Source of the DNA: Macrostomum hystrix | Taxonomy: Eukaryota > Animalia > Platyhelminthes | DNA: 64,000 nt | NCBI GenBank assembly: GCA_950097015.1 | Contig: CATNEN010000025.1 | Coordinates: 3,782,001-3,846,000, forward strand | Reading direction: 5' to 3' | Shown: positions 49,265 to 61,346 of the stretch, one piece after another | How the letters are laid out: every line of letters starts with the position of its first letter | Numbering within the stretch: position 1 is the first letter of the stretch | Position numbers and translations under genes: made by a program | The notes under the pieces: generated by a model | Databases searched by the model: none | What the model was told of the DNA's origin: nothing | What the model saw: only the letters and a program-made list of their open reading frames with translations

Positions 49265-52200
49265 CTAGGCCTTGGCAACCATGGACTCAATCTGGTTGAT
49301 GAGCAGGCGACCAGCCTCGGCAAAGTTCAGCTGCTTGACGTCCTGCACCACAACACGCAGCCTCATCTCATCCTGGAAGTTCTCCATCTTGGCCCTCATC
49401 GTGAACAGGTGGTACTTGAACAGGGCTCTCTCAAACACCTGGGCCTGGCCCTTGTCGTCACCATCGGTGCGCAGCTGGCCCAACTGAGCGGCTGTGGTTC
49501 CAAGCAGTTTCTCGGCCGTGTCCTGCGGGCGGGGACAGAGGTCGCGGCATCAGCTCACACATGACTGGCAAATACAGCATCACGAAATGCACAAGAAAGT
49601 GCAACTCACCTGGAAACAGGTGACCCACTGGTTGTCCGAGTGATCGGCAAGGTTGGCCTGCAGCAGGAAGCGCCAGGTAAAAGTCGGGTAGCTGGACTGA
49701 CACTTTTCACAGCGGTACTCGCCGTTGAACTCCACGACCTTCTTGTTGCAGTCGGCCTTGGCGCAGGCCTGCGGAGAGGCAGCAGCGAGGATTCTGTGAC
49801 TGGGGAACTGAGAGTCTGTGACTGGGGAACTGAGAGTCTGAGACTGGGGAACTTGGGGAACTGAGAGTCTGAGACTGGGGAACTTGGGGAACTGAGAGTC
49901 TGTGACTGGGGAACTGAGAGTCTGAGACTGGGGAACTGAGAGTCTGTGACTGGGGAACTGAGAGTCTGTGACTGGGGAACTGAGAGTCTGTGACTGGGGA
50001 ACTGAGAGTATGTGACTGGGGAACTGAGAGTCTGTGACTGGGGAACTGAGAGTCTGAGACTGGGGAACTTGGGGAACTGAGAGTCTGAGACTGGGGAACT
50101 TGGGGAACTGAGAGTCTGTGACTGGGGAACTGAGAGTCTGAGACTGGGGAACTGAGAGTCTGTGACTGGGGAACTGAGAGTCTGTGACTGGGGAACTGAG
50201 AGTCTGTGACTGGGGAACTGAGAGTATGTGACTGGGGAACTGAGAGTCTGTGACTGGGGAACTGAGAGTCTGAGACTGGGGAACTGAGAGTCTGAGACTG
50301 GGGAACTGAGAGTCTGTGACTGGGGAACTGAGAGTCTGTGACTGGGGAACTGAGAGTATGTGACTGGGGAACTGAGAGTCTGTGACTGGGGAACTGAGAG
50401 TCTGAGACTGGGGAACTGAGAGTCTGAGACTGGGGAACTGAGAGTCTGTGACTGGGGAAATGGGAGTCTGTGACTGGGGAACTGAGAGTCTGTGACTGGG
50501 GAACTGAGAGTCTGAGACTAGGGAACTCAGAGTCTGTGACTGGGGAACTGGGAGTCTGTGACTGGGGAACTGGGATTCTGTGACTGGGGAACTGAGAGTC
50601 TGTGACTGGGGAACTGAGTCCCAGAGACTAAGGAACTGGGAGTCTGTGACTGGGGAACTAGGAGTCTGTGACTGGGGAACTAGGATTCTGTGACTGGGGA
50701 AATGGGAGTCTGTGACTGGGGGACTAGGAGTCTGTGACTGGGGAACTGGGAGTCTGTGACTGGGGAACTAGGATTCTGTGACTGGGGAACTGGGAGTCTG
50801 TGACTGGGGAAGTGGGAACCTGTGACACAGCAGGGTCAATGCGGACACTGGCCCAGAACTCTGTGAATCTGTGAGTTAAGGTTGAGCAGACAGATCGTCC
50901 ATGAGTACAATTATCGACTGCTCAAGAGCAAACGCCTTTCACACCTGGTACAAGCAGGTCTCCCGCTTCATGTGGATGATGCAGGCGAGGCAGCTGAAGT
51001 ACTCGAACTTGTCCCCAGTGCCGAAGCCACCGGCCTTGCAGTCCTTCAGGTTGCGGTAGACGGCGCCTCCGCCAGAGCCGCCACCGCCGCCGCCTTCGTT
51101 CTTAAACGCGTCGAACTGCATCTGCTGGCCCTCCATGAGGTACCAGCCTCGCAGTCGGTTCACCTCTGGCATCGAAGGGTCAACAAGGAGGCAGCCGTTT
51201 GAGGTGGCGCTCAGCGATCGACCGCCAAAGTCAGACACCTTGGCACCCTTCACCACCAGAACTGGCTTCTTCTCTCCGTTGAACTTTACCGCATCCTCGC
51301 CCCACAGGGTGCAGCGGACTGAGCAGCCGCTGTTGTCCACGAGCGTCAGGTCCCGCTTCTGAATCTCCCGGTTGCTAGTCTTGCCCACGATTGTCTGACA
51401 GTCATGCGTCTCGTGCACAACTCCGCACACGTCTACGAACCTGCGCGTGTTTCAGGTTGAGTGTCACCTGAGCTGCTAATCACTCAGCCACTGCTGCAAT
51501 CCCTAAGACACAGCTGCACTCCCTGAGTCACTGCTGCACTCCCTGAGTCACTGCTGCACTCCCTGAGTCACAGCTGCACTCACTGAGTCACTGCTGCCCT
51601 CACTGAGTCATGCTGCACTCCCTGAGTCACTGCTGCACTCCCTGAGTCACTGCTGCACTCACTGGGTCACTGCTGCACTCACTGAGTCACTGCTCATATG
51701 TCATGCCGCATCATCCAGACAATCAGCAGCTCATAAACTCACTTGTTCGGCTCCACGTTCTGCAGATCAGCGATCGGCACGAAGCTGAACTTCATCTCGG
51801 GCACTGCGCAGGCGTCCGTCTCGTCGCACTGTTGCAGCTGAGACTCCGCGCTCAGCACCATCTCGTACTCGTTTTGTGTGTTGTTGAACTGCCTGTTGGC
51901 TGCCTTCAACTGGCCCTTGCTGATGTACAGGGCGCGGCCTACCTCCACCAAGTCGAAGTACTTGTCAACCTCGTCACGGAAGGCCGTTACGCGAATTTCG
52001 CTGCTGTCGTCAGTCAGCACGAAGCTGAACAGCTTGCCCTCGCCTCGGCTGTTCGACCAGGTGCGGACCTGCGGGATGGTCGCCCGTGAACGAATCACAC
52101 CTGGCTCTTCTGGGTGTCATCCCCGGCATAACCCAGTACTCACGACTCACCTGGCTCTTCTGGGTGTCATCCCCGGCATAACCCAGTACTCACGACTCAC

Positions 52201-53294
52201 CTGACTCTTCTGGGTGTCATCCCCGGCATAACCCAGTACTCACGACTCACCTGGCTCTTCTGGGTGTCATCCCCGGCATAACCCAGTACTCACGACTCAC
52301 CTGACTCTTCTGGGTGTCATCCCCGGCATAACCCAGTACTCACGACTCACCTGACTCTTCTGGGTGTCATCCCGGCATAACCCAGTACTCACGACTCCCC
52401 TGACTCTTCTGGGTGTCATCCCGGCAGAACCCAGTACTCACGACTCACCTGACTCTTCTGGGTGTCATCCCCGGCAGAACCCAGTACTCACGACTCCCCT
52501 GACTCTTCTGGGTGTCATCCCCGGCATAACTCAGTACTCACGACTCACCTGACTCTTCTGGGTGTCATCCCCGGCATAACCCAGTACTCACGACTCACCT
52601 GACTTTTCTGGGTGACCCGGCCACAGATGGTCCACTTGCTCTGGTAAGGGTTGAGTGATGAAATCGGTCGAACACGGCCCGTCTCGATGCCGCCGCCCGA
52701 CGACTGGTCGCTGCTACTACCGCCGAATGACTTGCCGCCACCACCGCCGCCAGCGTGCGGAGGCGTCTGCGGCACGAAGCTCGGCCCAGTAGCCGCCTGC
52801 TGCCCGCCGCGGGTGCCGTAGGTCGGGCGAGGCGGCGTCTCCTCCACAGCAACAAAGGCAGCAGGCCGGCTGGTGTCAGCAAAGTTTTTCGATATCTGTT
52901 GCTGCTGCAATGGCGGCTTCGTGGCGACTCCATTGTTGCCAGAATCGGCTCCCATTAACAACTCTTGTACGCTGGACATGCCGAGAATATCCAAGGAAAT
53001 CACAATGAGAATAGGCTTGTCGGATTTCATATTGTTTAGCACATATTTGGTAATTCTGAGCACAGTGCCAGGTGGCAGCTGCTCCTCTTCAACCAGGTAG
53101 TTCAGCTGGGTGCCCAGCATCACAAATGAGTGCTGGTCGACACCATCCGTCACCAGCAGTCGGTAGCGGTCCTGCCCGCCTCCACCTGGCACCTTGCGGT
53201 GGCCCAGCACCTTCACCACCGGGTTATTGTAGTCTTCGCCATTGTTAAGGGCCCGCACTGAGCCGCGGCTGAGCATTTTGTCGAGATTGGCCAT
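49265..53294 (-). CDS. RPA1: Replication protein A 70-kDa subunit, copy B, 644 aa
   Basis: Exons 53294-52599, 52068-51743, 51440-50945, 49768-49610, 49522-49265; same structure as copy A plus 11 aa in the N-terminal linker. Confidence 0.97.
49795..50820. repeat. RPA1-B intron 3 minisatellite, 22-bp unit, ~46 copies
   Basis: Reverse complement of the 40300-41108 unit. Confidence 0.95.
51490..51695. repeat. RPA1-B intron 2 minisatellite, 20-bp unit, ~10 copies
   Basis: Reverse complement of the 39185-39640 unit. Confidence 0.95.
52101..52598 (-). repeat. RPA1-B intron 1: 50-bp GT...AG unit x10
   Basis: 498 bp of the same unit as 38627-38775. Confidence 0.95.
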
Positions 53295-56200
53295 GACTTA
53301 AAACGCTGTGGGTTTGATTTCAATAATTTTTATAACAATGGCCAGGTGACAAGGTGACAAACTTGCACAGCAGTAGCGAGTGTAGACAATTCTAAGAAGT
53401 CAACTATAGAACATTGCACTATAGAACTATAGAACATTGCACATGCTGGAAAGCCATTACTAGATTATCTTGGAACCAATAATAATCTCTTGCTAATTGC
53501 TATAACCTGATACTTAATCAAACTGACACAAAAATTTCATATACTTCAGGATCATAATTGTCCCAGCTACAAATCAACACAACATAGACATTCTCGTGTG
53601 ATTTTAGCTTATTTTTAGTATACTGTAAATTAAAAAGTGACACAGTTGGCAGCTAAGGAGTTGGTTGTCTTTTTAATTTCAGTTTGCAAAACAGTTTTTC
53701 TATGCTGGAGTACATTATTAGCAAATTAATTTCCTTTAGTAAAATATATAAAAGAAAGCTAAATGTAATATATAAATATGCATGATATAAAACAAAGAGC
53801 CTTAGTTAGCTATTATTAAGCCTGTGCTACTGCACTTTGAACTGTTAAGATAGAAATATAAACTATATTAAGCTTCTAGCATGGCAACTAGCATGGTCTT
53901 TTTTAGCTTGAAGAGCATAACAAAAGGATTCTTTGTTTTCCTTTTCTTAATGATTTTTGTGATGTAGGATCTGGTAGTGTAATGTATGCTATAGTCTAGA
54001 TAATGCTAGGTACATGTCAGAAAAAAGGTAAGGTAGGGTACACACTAAAATTTCATGCTTATAAGTTACAAAAAGTTTAAAATGGATAAATGGGCAGTGA
54101 AACAAAGTCAATTTTCCCTTGTTAACAAATTTTCATACTTGTTACAAGTAATGTTACATTCATTACAAGGCTTAATAATTCAAGCAACAATGCTCATAAA
54201 TCTAACATTAAGCCTGAAGCAAATACAATTGTTATATATTGTGAAAAATCAATTAACTTTTAAAATTAAGTTATGTCTACTATATCTGAATTACAAAACA
54301 TTTTTTAATACTCTAGATTATCTTAACAACTTATTGTATCAATGTGTCTATGTCCCATCCTATACAATTTAGTAATTTCTAAAATAATACAACAAATTAT
54401 TTTTTTGTAGAAGTTCTAAACTAAACATTAGGCTAAACAAAAAATAGAAACAATATTCTAATATTGTTTAGAATATAAATATATATAAATATATATAAAC
54501 TTTGTTTAGAAGTTTTTTCCAATTATAATTTTTTTGTTAATAAAGCCTTATGTTTGACAGGCTTTGACAGTGGCTTATACAACATACATATTATAATTAC
54601 ATTTCCATTTTCAGATACTCTGTGCATAGTGTGCATTATACTACTTTCAAGATGGGATTGGCTAGGCCTAAATGCCAAAAATAAATCTCTTGTTTGTAAA
54701 AACAAATTAGACCTACTTTGAAAGTGTATATACTATATAGCAATGCTATACAATCAGGCTGGCTCCAAACTAGCATCCCAAAGTTTTTATTGAGGACAGG
54801 GACAGGTTTGAGGTCCTAGATGTGGAGACCTGGCTGGCATTAATCATAGACACAGCTAAGCAGCAGCTTTTACAAGCCAAATGTGGTGTCAGAAGGTGCC
54901 ACTTGTGGATCAGATAGCAACCCTAACTAAAGGAGCTAGCTAGCTGGTTAGGCGCCAAAAGCAGGACAAATTTTTGCACTTCACTGGGAACCTTGCGACC
55001 AGCACCCATTCGGCTCCTTTTGTCACCTTTTCATTTATAGTTACAGTATATAGCTAACTTGTATAAAGGGGTGCTGGTCATTTCCTCAACTGCCAGATTT
55101 AACCAACATTTAAGGGTGGTCTTACTGGCAGTTGACGAAGTGACCAAGGTTTGAGGCCGCCTCATTGGCCAGTTGACGAAATAACTTCACATTTTAGTCA
55201 CTTCGCCAACCAGTTAACATGGTCAAAAATAGTGTATATGGTGTAGTGTAACGTTATAGTGTAACGTTGTCTAGTTACCATCATGCGTCCATCCAGAAGC
55301 TAGAACACGCCGATTCTCGCAAGCATGACATTTAAAAGTGTACCAAAATACGTAAATAAACAACTTATGTTCCATATCCATTTCTCTTTCTGCAAACTTG
55401 ATTTATTCGTTTCAACAGGCTATATTATTGAGACTACATCTTGTTAATAAGACGTGAGTTTTTACTTTTCCTTATACACTTGCAGTTGCTAATTTTAGAA
55501 CTTATACTATAGATTTTAGGCTTAATTTAGCACTGCACAACGGCGCCGGCTACGTTCGTGTCTCGGCTAAAAGAGCACCACTTCCCGGCTCCTCTTTATC
55601 GCTAGTCAAACCACTAGTCATAAATTGTCACTCGTCAATCTGCGTATCTGCGTAGCTGCGTAGCGTATCACTACGTAATAGTCGCATGCTTTTGTAAAGT
55701 TGGCTCTCTATATAGCGGCGGCATATTTGCTACTATACTAACTTTACTTTACATTTAAGTCTATCGGACCCGTAGCCGGACAGAATTACAAAATAGTAAC
55801 GTATCAAATAATTCAAGGCGCTTGACCTTTCATTTGTCACCTTATAATTCATTTACCTAACATAGCAAAGTGCAGTTGAACTTGTGAATAACTTCGATGC
55901 TAGCGAGCTGGCTCGATGCTAGCGCTGAAAATCCCACGGTGCTGATCCCAAGGTGGAAGGGAATCAGGCCTTACTCCCCCCAGTGGCACCCGCCATAGTG
56001 ATGGTTTTTAGCTGGTTTTGTGGTCCGATTGGCCAAGCTAGGTCCCATTGTCTACTCTAAATCTAGCCATGGAGTTTTGGGTATAGGGACTACTTATAGT
56101 AGATATCTGCCACTACCCCTTGCGGTTCTAGACTCCATAACTAAAACCTAACGAGGTAGGTGCTCCGGTTGCTAAGACTAATATTTAGGCCAGAAAAGAG

Positions 56201-56503
56201 AGAATAATGGCCGCTAGAGGGACTCTATGCTGGGCATCTACAGAGTGTCCTGGTCAGTGCTGGAGCAAGGTAGCTTTAGCATAGGGGATTCTTTTGTACT
56301 TTACACGATCCCACCTTAGCTGGGGGAGGCATTGGCTAAAGTTTAAATATGAGGTTCAATCCCCTCTTATACATGCGGCTCTGTGTGCAAAACTGTCCTG
56401 CTATTAGAATTATCGTACTGTATTTGCATTAGAATTACATTATTACATTATCTTCTATTTACAACCTGCCGAAAACATTCTCTCAGATCGCAGTGACATG
56501 CGC

Positions 56504-56638
56504 TGTCTACTCACTAGCCTGCTTGCTTAAATGAGCAGGGGAAACTAATGTCTACTCACTAGCCTGCTTGCTTAAATGAGCAGGGGAAACTAATGTCTAC
56601 TCACTAGCCTGCTGGCTTAAATGAGCAGGGGAAACTAA
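56504..56638. repeat. 45-bp tandem repeat x3
   Basis: TGTCTACTCACTAGCCTGCTTGCTTAAATGAGCAGGGGAAACTAA at 56504, 56549 and 56594. Confidence 0.9.
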
Positions 56639-56984
56639 GAAAAGTATTCGATTTTACTACTCTGACACCCACGAGCAATTAATGGCTTCACAGAGATTGC
56701 GTATAATACGAAGTATAATTTATGAGTATGACGAGATAACAAAGAGACGGATGGGGTGGGTGTGCAACAAAGAATATAAGGATGATTTATTACTACATGC
56801 GCAAAGGAAGAGAGGGCGAGGTGGATGAACTTGACCGGTTGGGGAAAGCATTATTCACCAAGAAGGGTGAAATTGAGTGGGGTAAAGCGAAAATTTTCTG
56901 AATTAAAGGAAAATATAAAAACTGACATCTCAAGGTCACTGGCGAGACCCATAACAGGTAGGAAGGTAAACAGGCAATCACGAG

Positions 56985-57225
56985 AAATTTCTTGCGGGAA
57001 AATCTTTCTGTGGGAAAAAGTCTGTGCGGGGAAAACTCGTGCGGTAAAATCTCAGGGGGGAATTTCCTGCGGGAAATTTCCTGCGCTGCGGTAAAAACTC
57101 GCTGCCGAAGAAAGTTCATGCGGGGAAAGTTCCTGCGGCAAATTTTCGTCGCGGGAAAATCTCGTGTGGGAAAATCTCGTGTGGGAAAAGCTCGTGCGGG
57201 GAAAATTCCTGCGGAAAATTCTCAT
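56985..57225. repeat. Cluster of GCGGGAAAA/GTGGGAAAA motifs
   Basis: About 12 degenerate motifs at ~15-20-nt spacing; related to 32340-32520. Confidence 0.6.
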
Positions 57226-57905
57226 AGACCCGACGTTCTTTGATTCTGGAAGTTGTTAGCCCGTTTTCAGGATTTTCATGGCGTTTGGTTTAATATTTTA
57301 GGCGAGACAGAAAAAATAAAAATATGGGTATTTGAAATACCCCCGTAGCAGCACCACAATAGGACTACATGTAACTTTACCAGTTAGATTTTTCTTCGAA
57401 AAATTCGTATTCGCAGATTACCTTGCGTGGTCAAGAAACTAAGAACCAGTTCAGTGCATAATTCCAGCCTTTACTATAGGTCGTATTTTTCTGTTTTTTG
57501 GGATTCATGAACTTTTGACACATTTTGATAGAACTCTTAACGTGCATTTTGTTTGAAATGAAAAAAGTAAATAAAATAAAATATCTCGTACTTTTAATTT
57601 ATATGTTGGCCCTTCTATTCGTAAATATAATTTCTTGCAACTGCAGATTAAAAGCAGAGATAATACGTATACTGTCACAGGCTGCAGTTAACTCGTTCAA
57701 CATGCGCAAGAAAATACTAGCTAAACAAGCTGTTAATCTTCTTTTTAGAAACCCAATTTTACGGGAATGAAATTCTGTTTCGGAAATACCTTACGCCAGT
57801 TGAGTTTGTAGAAATGAAGTAAAGTTTAGAGGGTTTGTCCAAAATAACTTTAAAGTAAACGCCCTGTTGTTTAGCTGTCGCGGGTTTTTTATCACGGCCG
57901 GCTAC

Positions 57906-59537
57906 TCAAACGCTGGAGCATTTGATCAGTTCGAATTCCCTGTTGAGGTACTTGGTGATTTCCTCGCACAGGTAGAACTGGCGCCTGTCTTCTTTGTCAG
58001 CCTTGTCGGGGTGATAGTGCATCAGAGCCACCATCAAGCGCTTTTTCATCGTCATGCTAGCATCAGGCAGCTTCCTATCGCAGTTGGGATAAACCTTGTA
58101 GATGTGCTCAAGAAAGTGCTTAATTCCTAGCTCATAGTTGGTCTTAATGTCTAACAGGGTGCCGTCTGCCTCAAGAGACTGGCGCAGCGCATTGTCGTAC
58201 CGCTTGGCCCGGCGTTCCTGGAGCGTGCGCAGGCCGCGCTCGGCAGTGGCGAACCAGACCTCGGAGCGGCAGCCGATCTCGCGCTCGCCAGTCAGGTGGC
58301 ACAGGACCAACTGGATGCACCGCTTGAAGTACTTCTTGGTGGAATTCTCTGCGTTTAGTAGATTCAAATAGAGGCTGCCAATGCTTGAGCAAATCTCCGC
58401 TTCCAAGACGATGTCGATGCCGTCATCCGCGATCAAATTGAGGGCGGCCTGCATTGTTGTACTCGTAGTATTAGAAGTGACAATCGAAGCAATCAAAGAT
58501 AAACCAAGACCCCAAAAAACCGAGATGCTTGAGATTCATTATTTTTTTACGCTCTTAATGTCAATTTAGCGTGAATATATGTTCAGTGAGCATAATTTTA
58601 TTGGGATGGAAATCTAAATATTATCAGACCCTCAGGCAGTCCATGCCAAGCAGAGCTTCGTCCATCATTTGCTTGGAGCCGTTTTCTCCCAGATTCTGTA
58701 AGAAGCATTTTCCTCTCTCTAGATCCACGCGGCTGTGGAACACCGTCTCCTGAATGTGCTGATCCTCACGCAGCGTGGCAAGCTCGCGAAGCAAACAGTC
58801 AAAGGCAGGCGCGTTTCGCTGCAGAAGCTTTCAGCCTCGTTGATAGGAAATACCATCTTGGCAATGTAGCTATACGCGAGACAATAGTGGAGTCTTTTGT
58901 CCAATGAAATGGACAAATGCAGCAGTCGATTGTCGTAGTCTATGAAAATGCTACCCGCAATCTCCAGGTACTCCACGTTCTCAAAGCTGTAGCGTCCAAT
59001 AACATCACAAACGCGACCCATATTGTCTACCAAAGTCGTTTCGCTTTCCAGATTGAGCGTCAGCCTTGTCGGGGTGATAGTGCATTAATAGTGAAAATGA
59101 ATCTCAATTTTCAGGCTGTACATGCTGAGCAGATCAGCCGGGAACTGCCGGATGAATCTCTCGCGCCAGCGCTTGCCCTCCTCGCCAGCCGAATCCTTCC
59201 AACAGGTGGCCTGTCGCCAGGCCTCCGAATAGCAGTCTAAACTATCGTGCAGGTGATCCCAGGCGCGCTTTAGATGACCGTTCGCCCATTCCAACAGGCA
59301 GAGCTCCTTGTGCGCCACTCCGGAGTTCTTGCGGTTCAGGCTACGGTCCTTGGCAGTGGTAGCCGCTTCCAGACTGTATTTTTAGCAGTCGAGCGCCGAC
59401 CAAAGGTGGCGCCGCTTGTCGGTAACCTGATGGGCGGCGGCAGACTTGGCCTGGCCAAATTGGGCATTGCCGTTCTGGCGATGCTGCTCGCTGGCGCTCA
59501 TCGACGAGGAGGTGCTTGGCGTCTTTGCTGAAGACAT
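57906..59537 (-). pseudogene. TPR-like protein with C-terminal J-domain-like HPD motif; disrupted
   Basis: Exons 59537-58630 and 58448-57906 (GT-AG, phase 0). N-terminus SEQHRQNGNAQF is TPR-like; C-terminus ALMHYHPDKADKEDRRQFYLCEEITKYLN. In-frame TAA at 59384-59382, a second TAA at an insertion near 59085, and a 1-nt frameshift near 58805. Confidence 0.65.
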
Positions 59538-60599
59538 TGACGTTTTATTTTAATACAAGCTCAATGGCTTTCTGGAAAGCAGCTGTTGAAAAAAATTATC
59601 TCGATGTGGCAGTCCACTGTTCTTTTCTATAAGATAATAACAGGACAGGAAGGTACCTTGTTATTTGGCTGATTATACGTCTTTAGCTGCATGTGTTCAG
59701 TAATGTGCAAGTTCGAGCGAAAATTGCATACAACACATACGGCCACGTTCAAAAAGTAATTCTTTGAAATCTAAGACACGCGAAATACACAAGCAATCTT
59801 ATGTTCTATCATGCTTCTCTATGTACAAGCGCATAAAAATGGCATTTCGTACAGTAACGGTACTGTGCAGTACTATTGTGCACTTTCAGCTTATACTGAA
59901 GCGCAAAGCAAGTTCATCAAAACAATGCTGCCCAGGAGCCGGAGAAGACTGGCTCTCCCTTGGATGCCCATTTCCTTGGTGACAGGTCACAGAGTGTTTG
60001 GGCAAGGACTTCTATAAATAGCATCTATTCTTCTATTCTTCTAATTCTTCTATACCGAACTCATTCTTCTAATAGATGCTTCTATTCAGGGGTCCTTGGT
60101 TTGGGGGTGTGGGGCAGAGCCCCCACTTCGGGGTGCCATAGACATTTTAGCCTCAGTAAGCCATTCCTATTGGTCGATGCCTTTTTGCGGGCGGTTAATG
60201 GCTATTAACTGCCTGCAAGAAAATTACCGAGCATTAATTCATCGATGGCCATTAACAGGCAAGACTTTCTGCCCGCCGGGCAAAAAGGTCATGGTACAAT
60301 ACGAGCGTAAATGGCAAATTGTAACAATTGAGGACTTATATTTCTTCTTTTGACTTATTGTTTAAGAATCCCCTTGCTACGAGTAAAACAATGTTGGATT
60401 CTTGCAGTACAGGTCACAATAGAATGAACCAGACTATAACTCCTGAAAAAGTAATGGGCGTATTGATACATATATGGATGTAGGACATGCTATCATTTTT
60501 CCACAGTTTAATTACTTATAGAACCGTATAAAATGTTTTTATTTCTACAATTACGCACGTTTTTATTTTTGCTTTAGTTCTCGAAGCATTCCGCTAATT

Positions 60600-61346
60600 T
60601 TATTCGCGCTCAACGGCCGCCGCGGTGGGTGCCATCGCCTTGACCTCCTGGGCGTCCTGCAGTAGGGCGCAGATCGGACAGCACAGGTGCACCAGCAGGT
60701 CGCTGCAAAAGCCGCCAGCGATGCCCTGCTTGGCCCGAATTTTGCCGCGAATGATAGCGCCAAGGCATGGCGACAGGAGCAGGTAGCCGATGCCGTAGAG
60801 GATGCAGCTCTCCTGCACAGCCTCCGCGTTCTTGCCCAAGGTGTAGCATGGCACCAGGTAGGTGATGATGCACAGGCCTATGGCGGATTAGAGAACGTTT
60901 TTTCAGACTGCACGAAAGTCGACCCGCAGCCAACGAGGAGGGATTTTTGTATGACTATTCTGCAGACCCTGCTGGAAGCCCATGTACATGGATACCGAAC
61001 TCAGCTGTGTAAATCTGCTCTGTTCTCACGAATGGGCACTGCAAGCGCGGCCCCGAGAATGAATGTGGCCTCGTCGCGGATTCGAGCTCAGGGACCTTGG
61101 TACGAGCTCCTGGTTCGGACTCGTTGCCGAAATTCGCCAATCAAGATTTAAAGAGTGGCGTGCGAAAAAAAAGAAAACTACCGAAGAAAAATTGTGATTG
61201 AACGTACGTGCAGCATTCTTCAGATCCTATAATATTTGTGAGCACTCTCAATTGCTCAGGTACGTTGTAAAAGTTTCCCAGAGCAGCAGCCATTTACCGA
61301 AATCGTCGAAGCAGCCGCAGAGCCCGTGCTTGAACTGGTTGGACAT
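60600..61346 (-). CDS. PLAC8/cornifelin-family Cys-rich protein, 108 aa
   Basis: Exons 61346-61298 and 60877-60600 (phase 1). MSNQFKHGLCGCFDDFGLCIITYLVPCYTLGKNAE...IRGKIRAKQGIAGGFCSDLLVHLCCPICALLQDAQEV is the PLAC8 pattern. Confidence 0.9.
60955..61110 (-). mobile_element. Degraded tRNA-derived SINE in the PLAC8-family intron
   Basis: ATGAATGTGGCCTCGTCGCGGATTCGAGCTCAGGGACCTTGGT matches the SINE head at 2000-2035 and 7770-7810. Confidence 0.6.

Noticed and set aside
37964-53294. Pure assembly artefact as the explanation of the RPA1 duplication
   Set aside because: Exon-1 divergence, the 33-nt indel, distinct upstream regions and different array lengths argue for two real loci; spanning reads are still needed.
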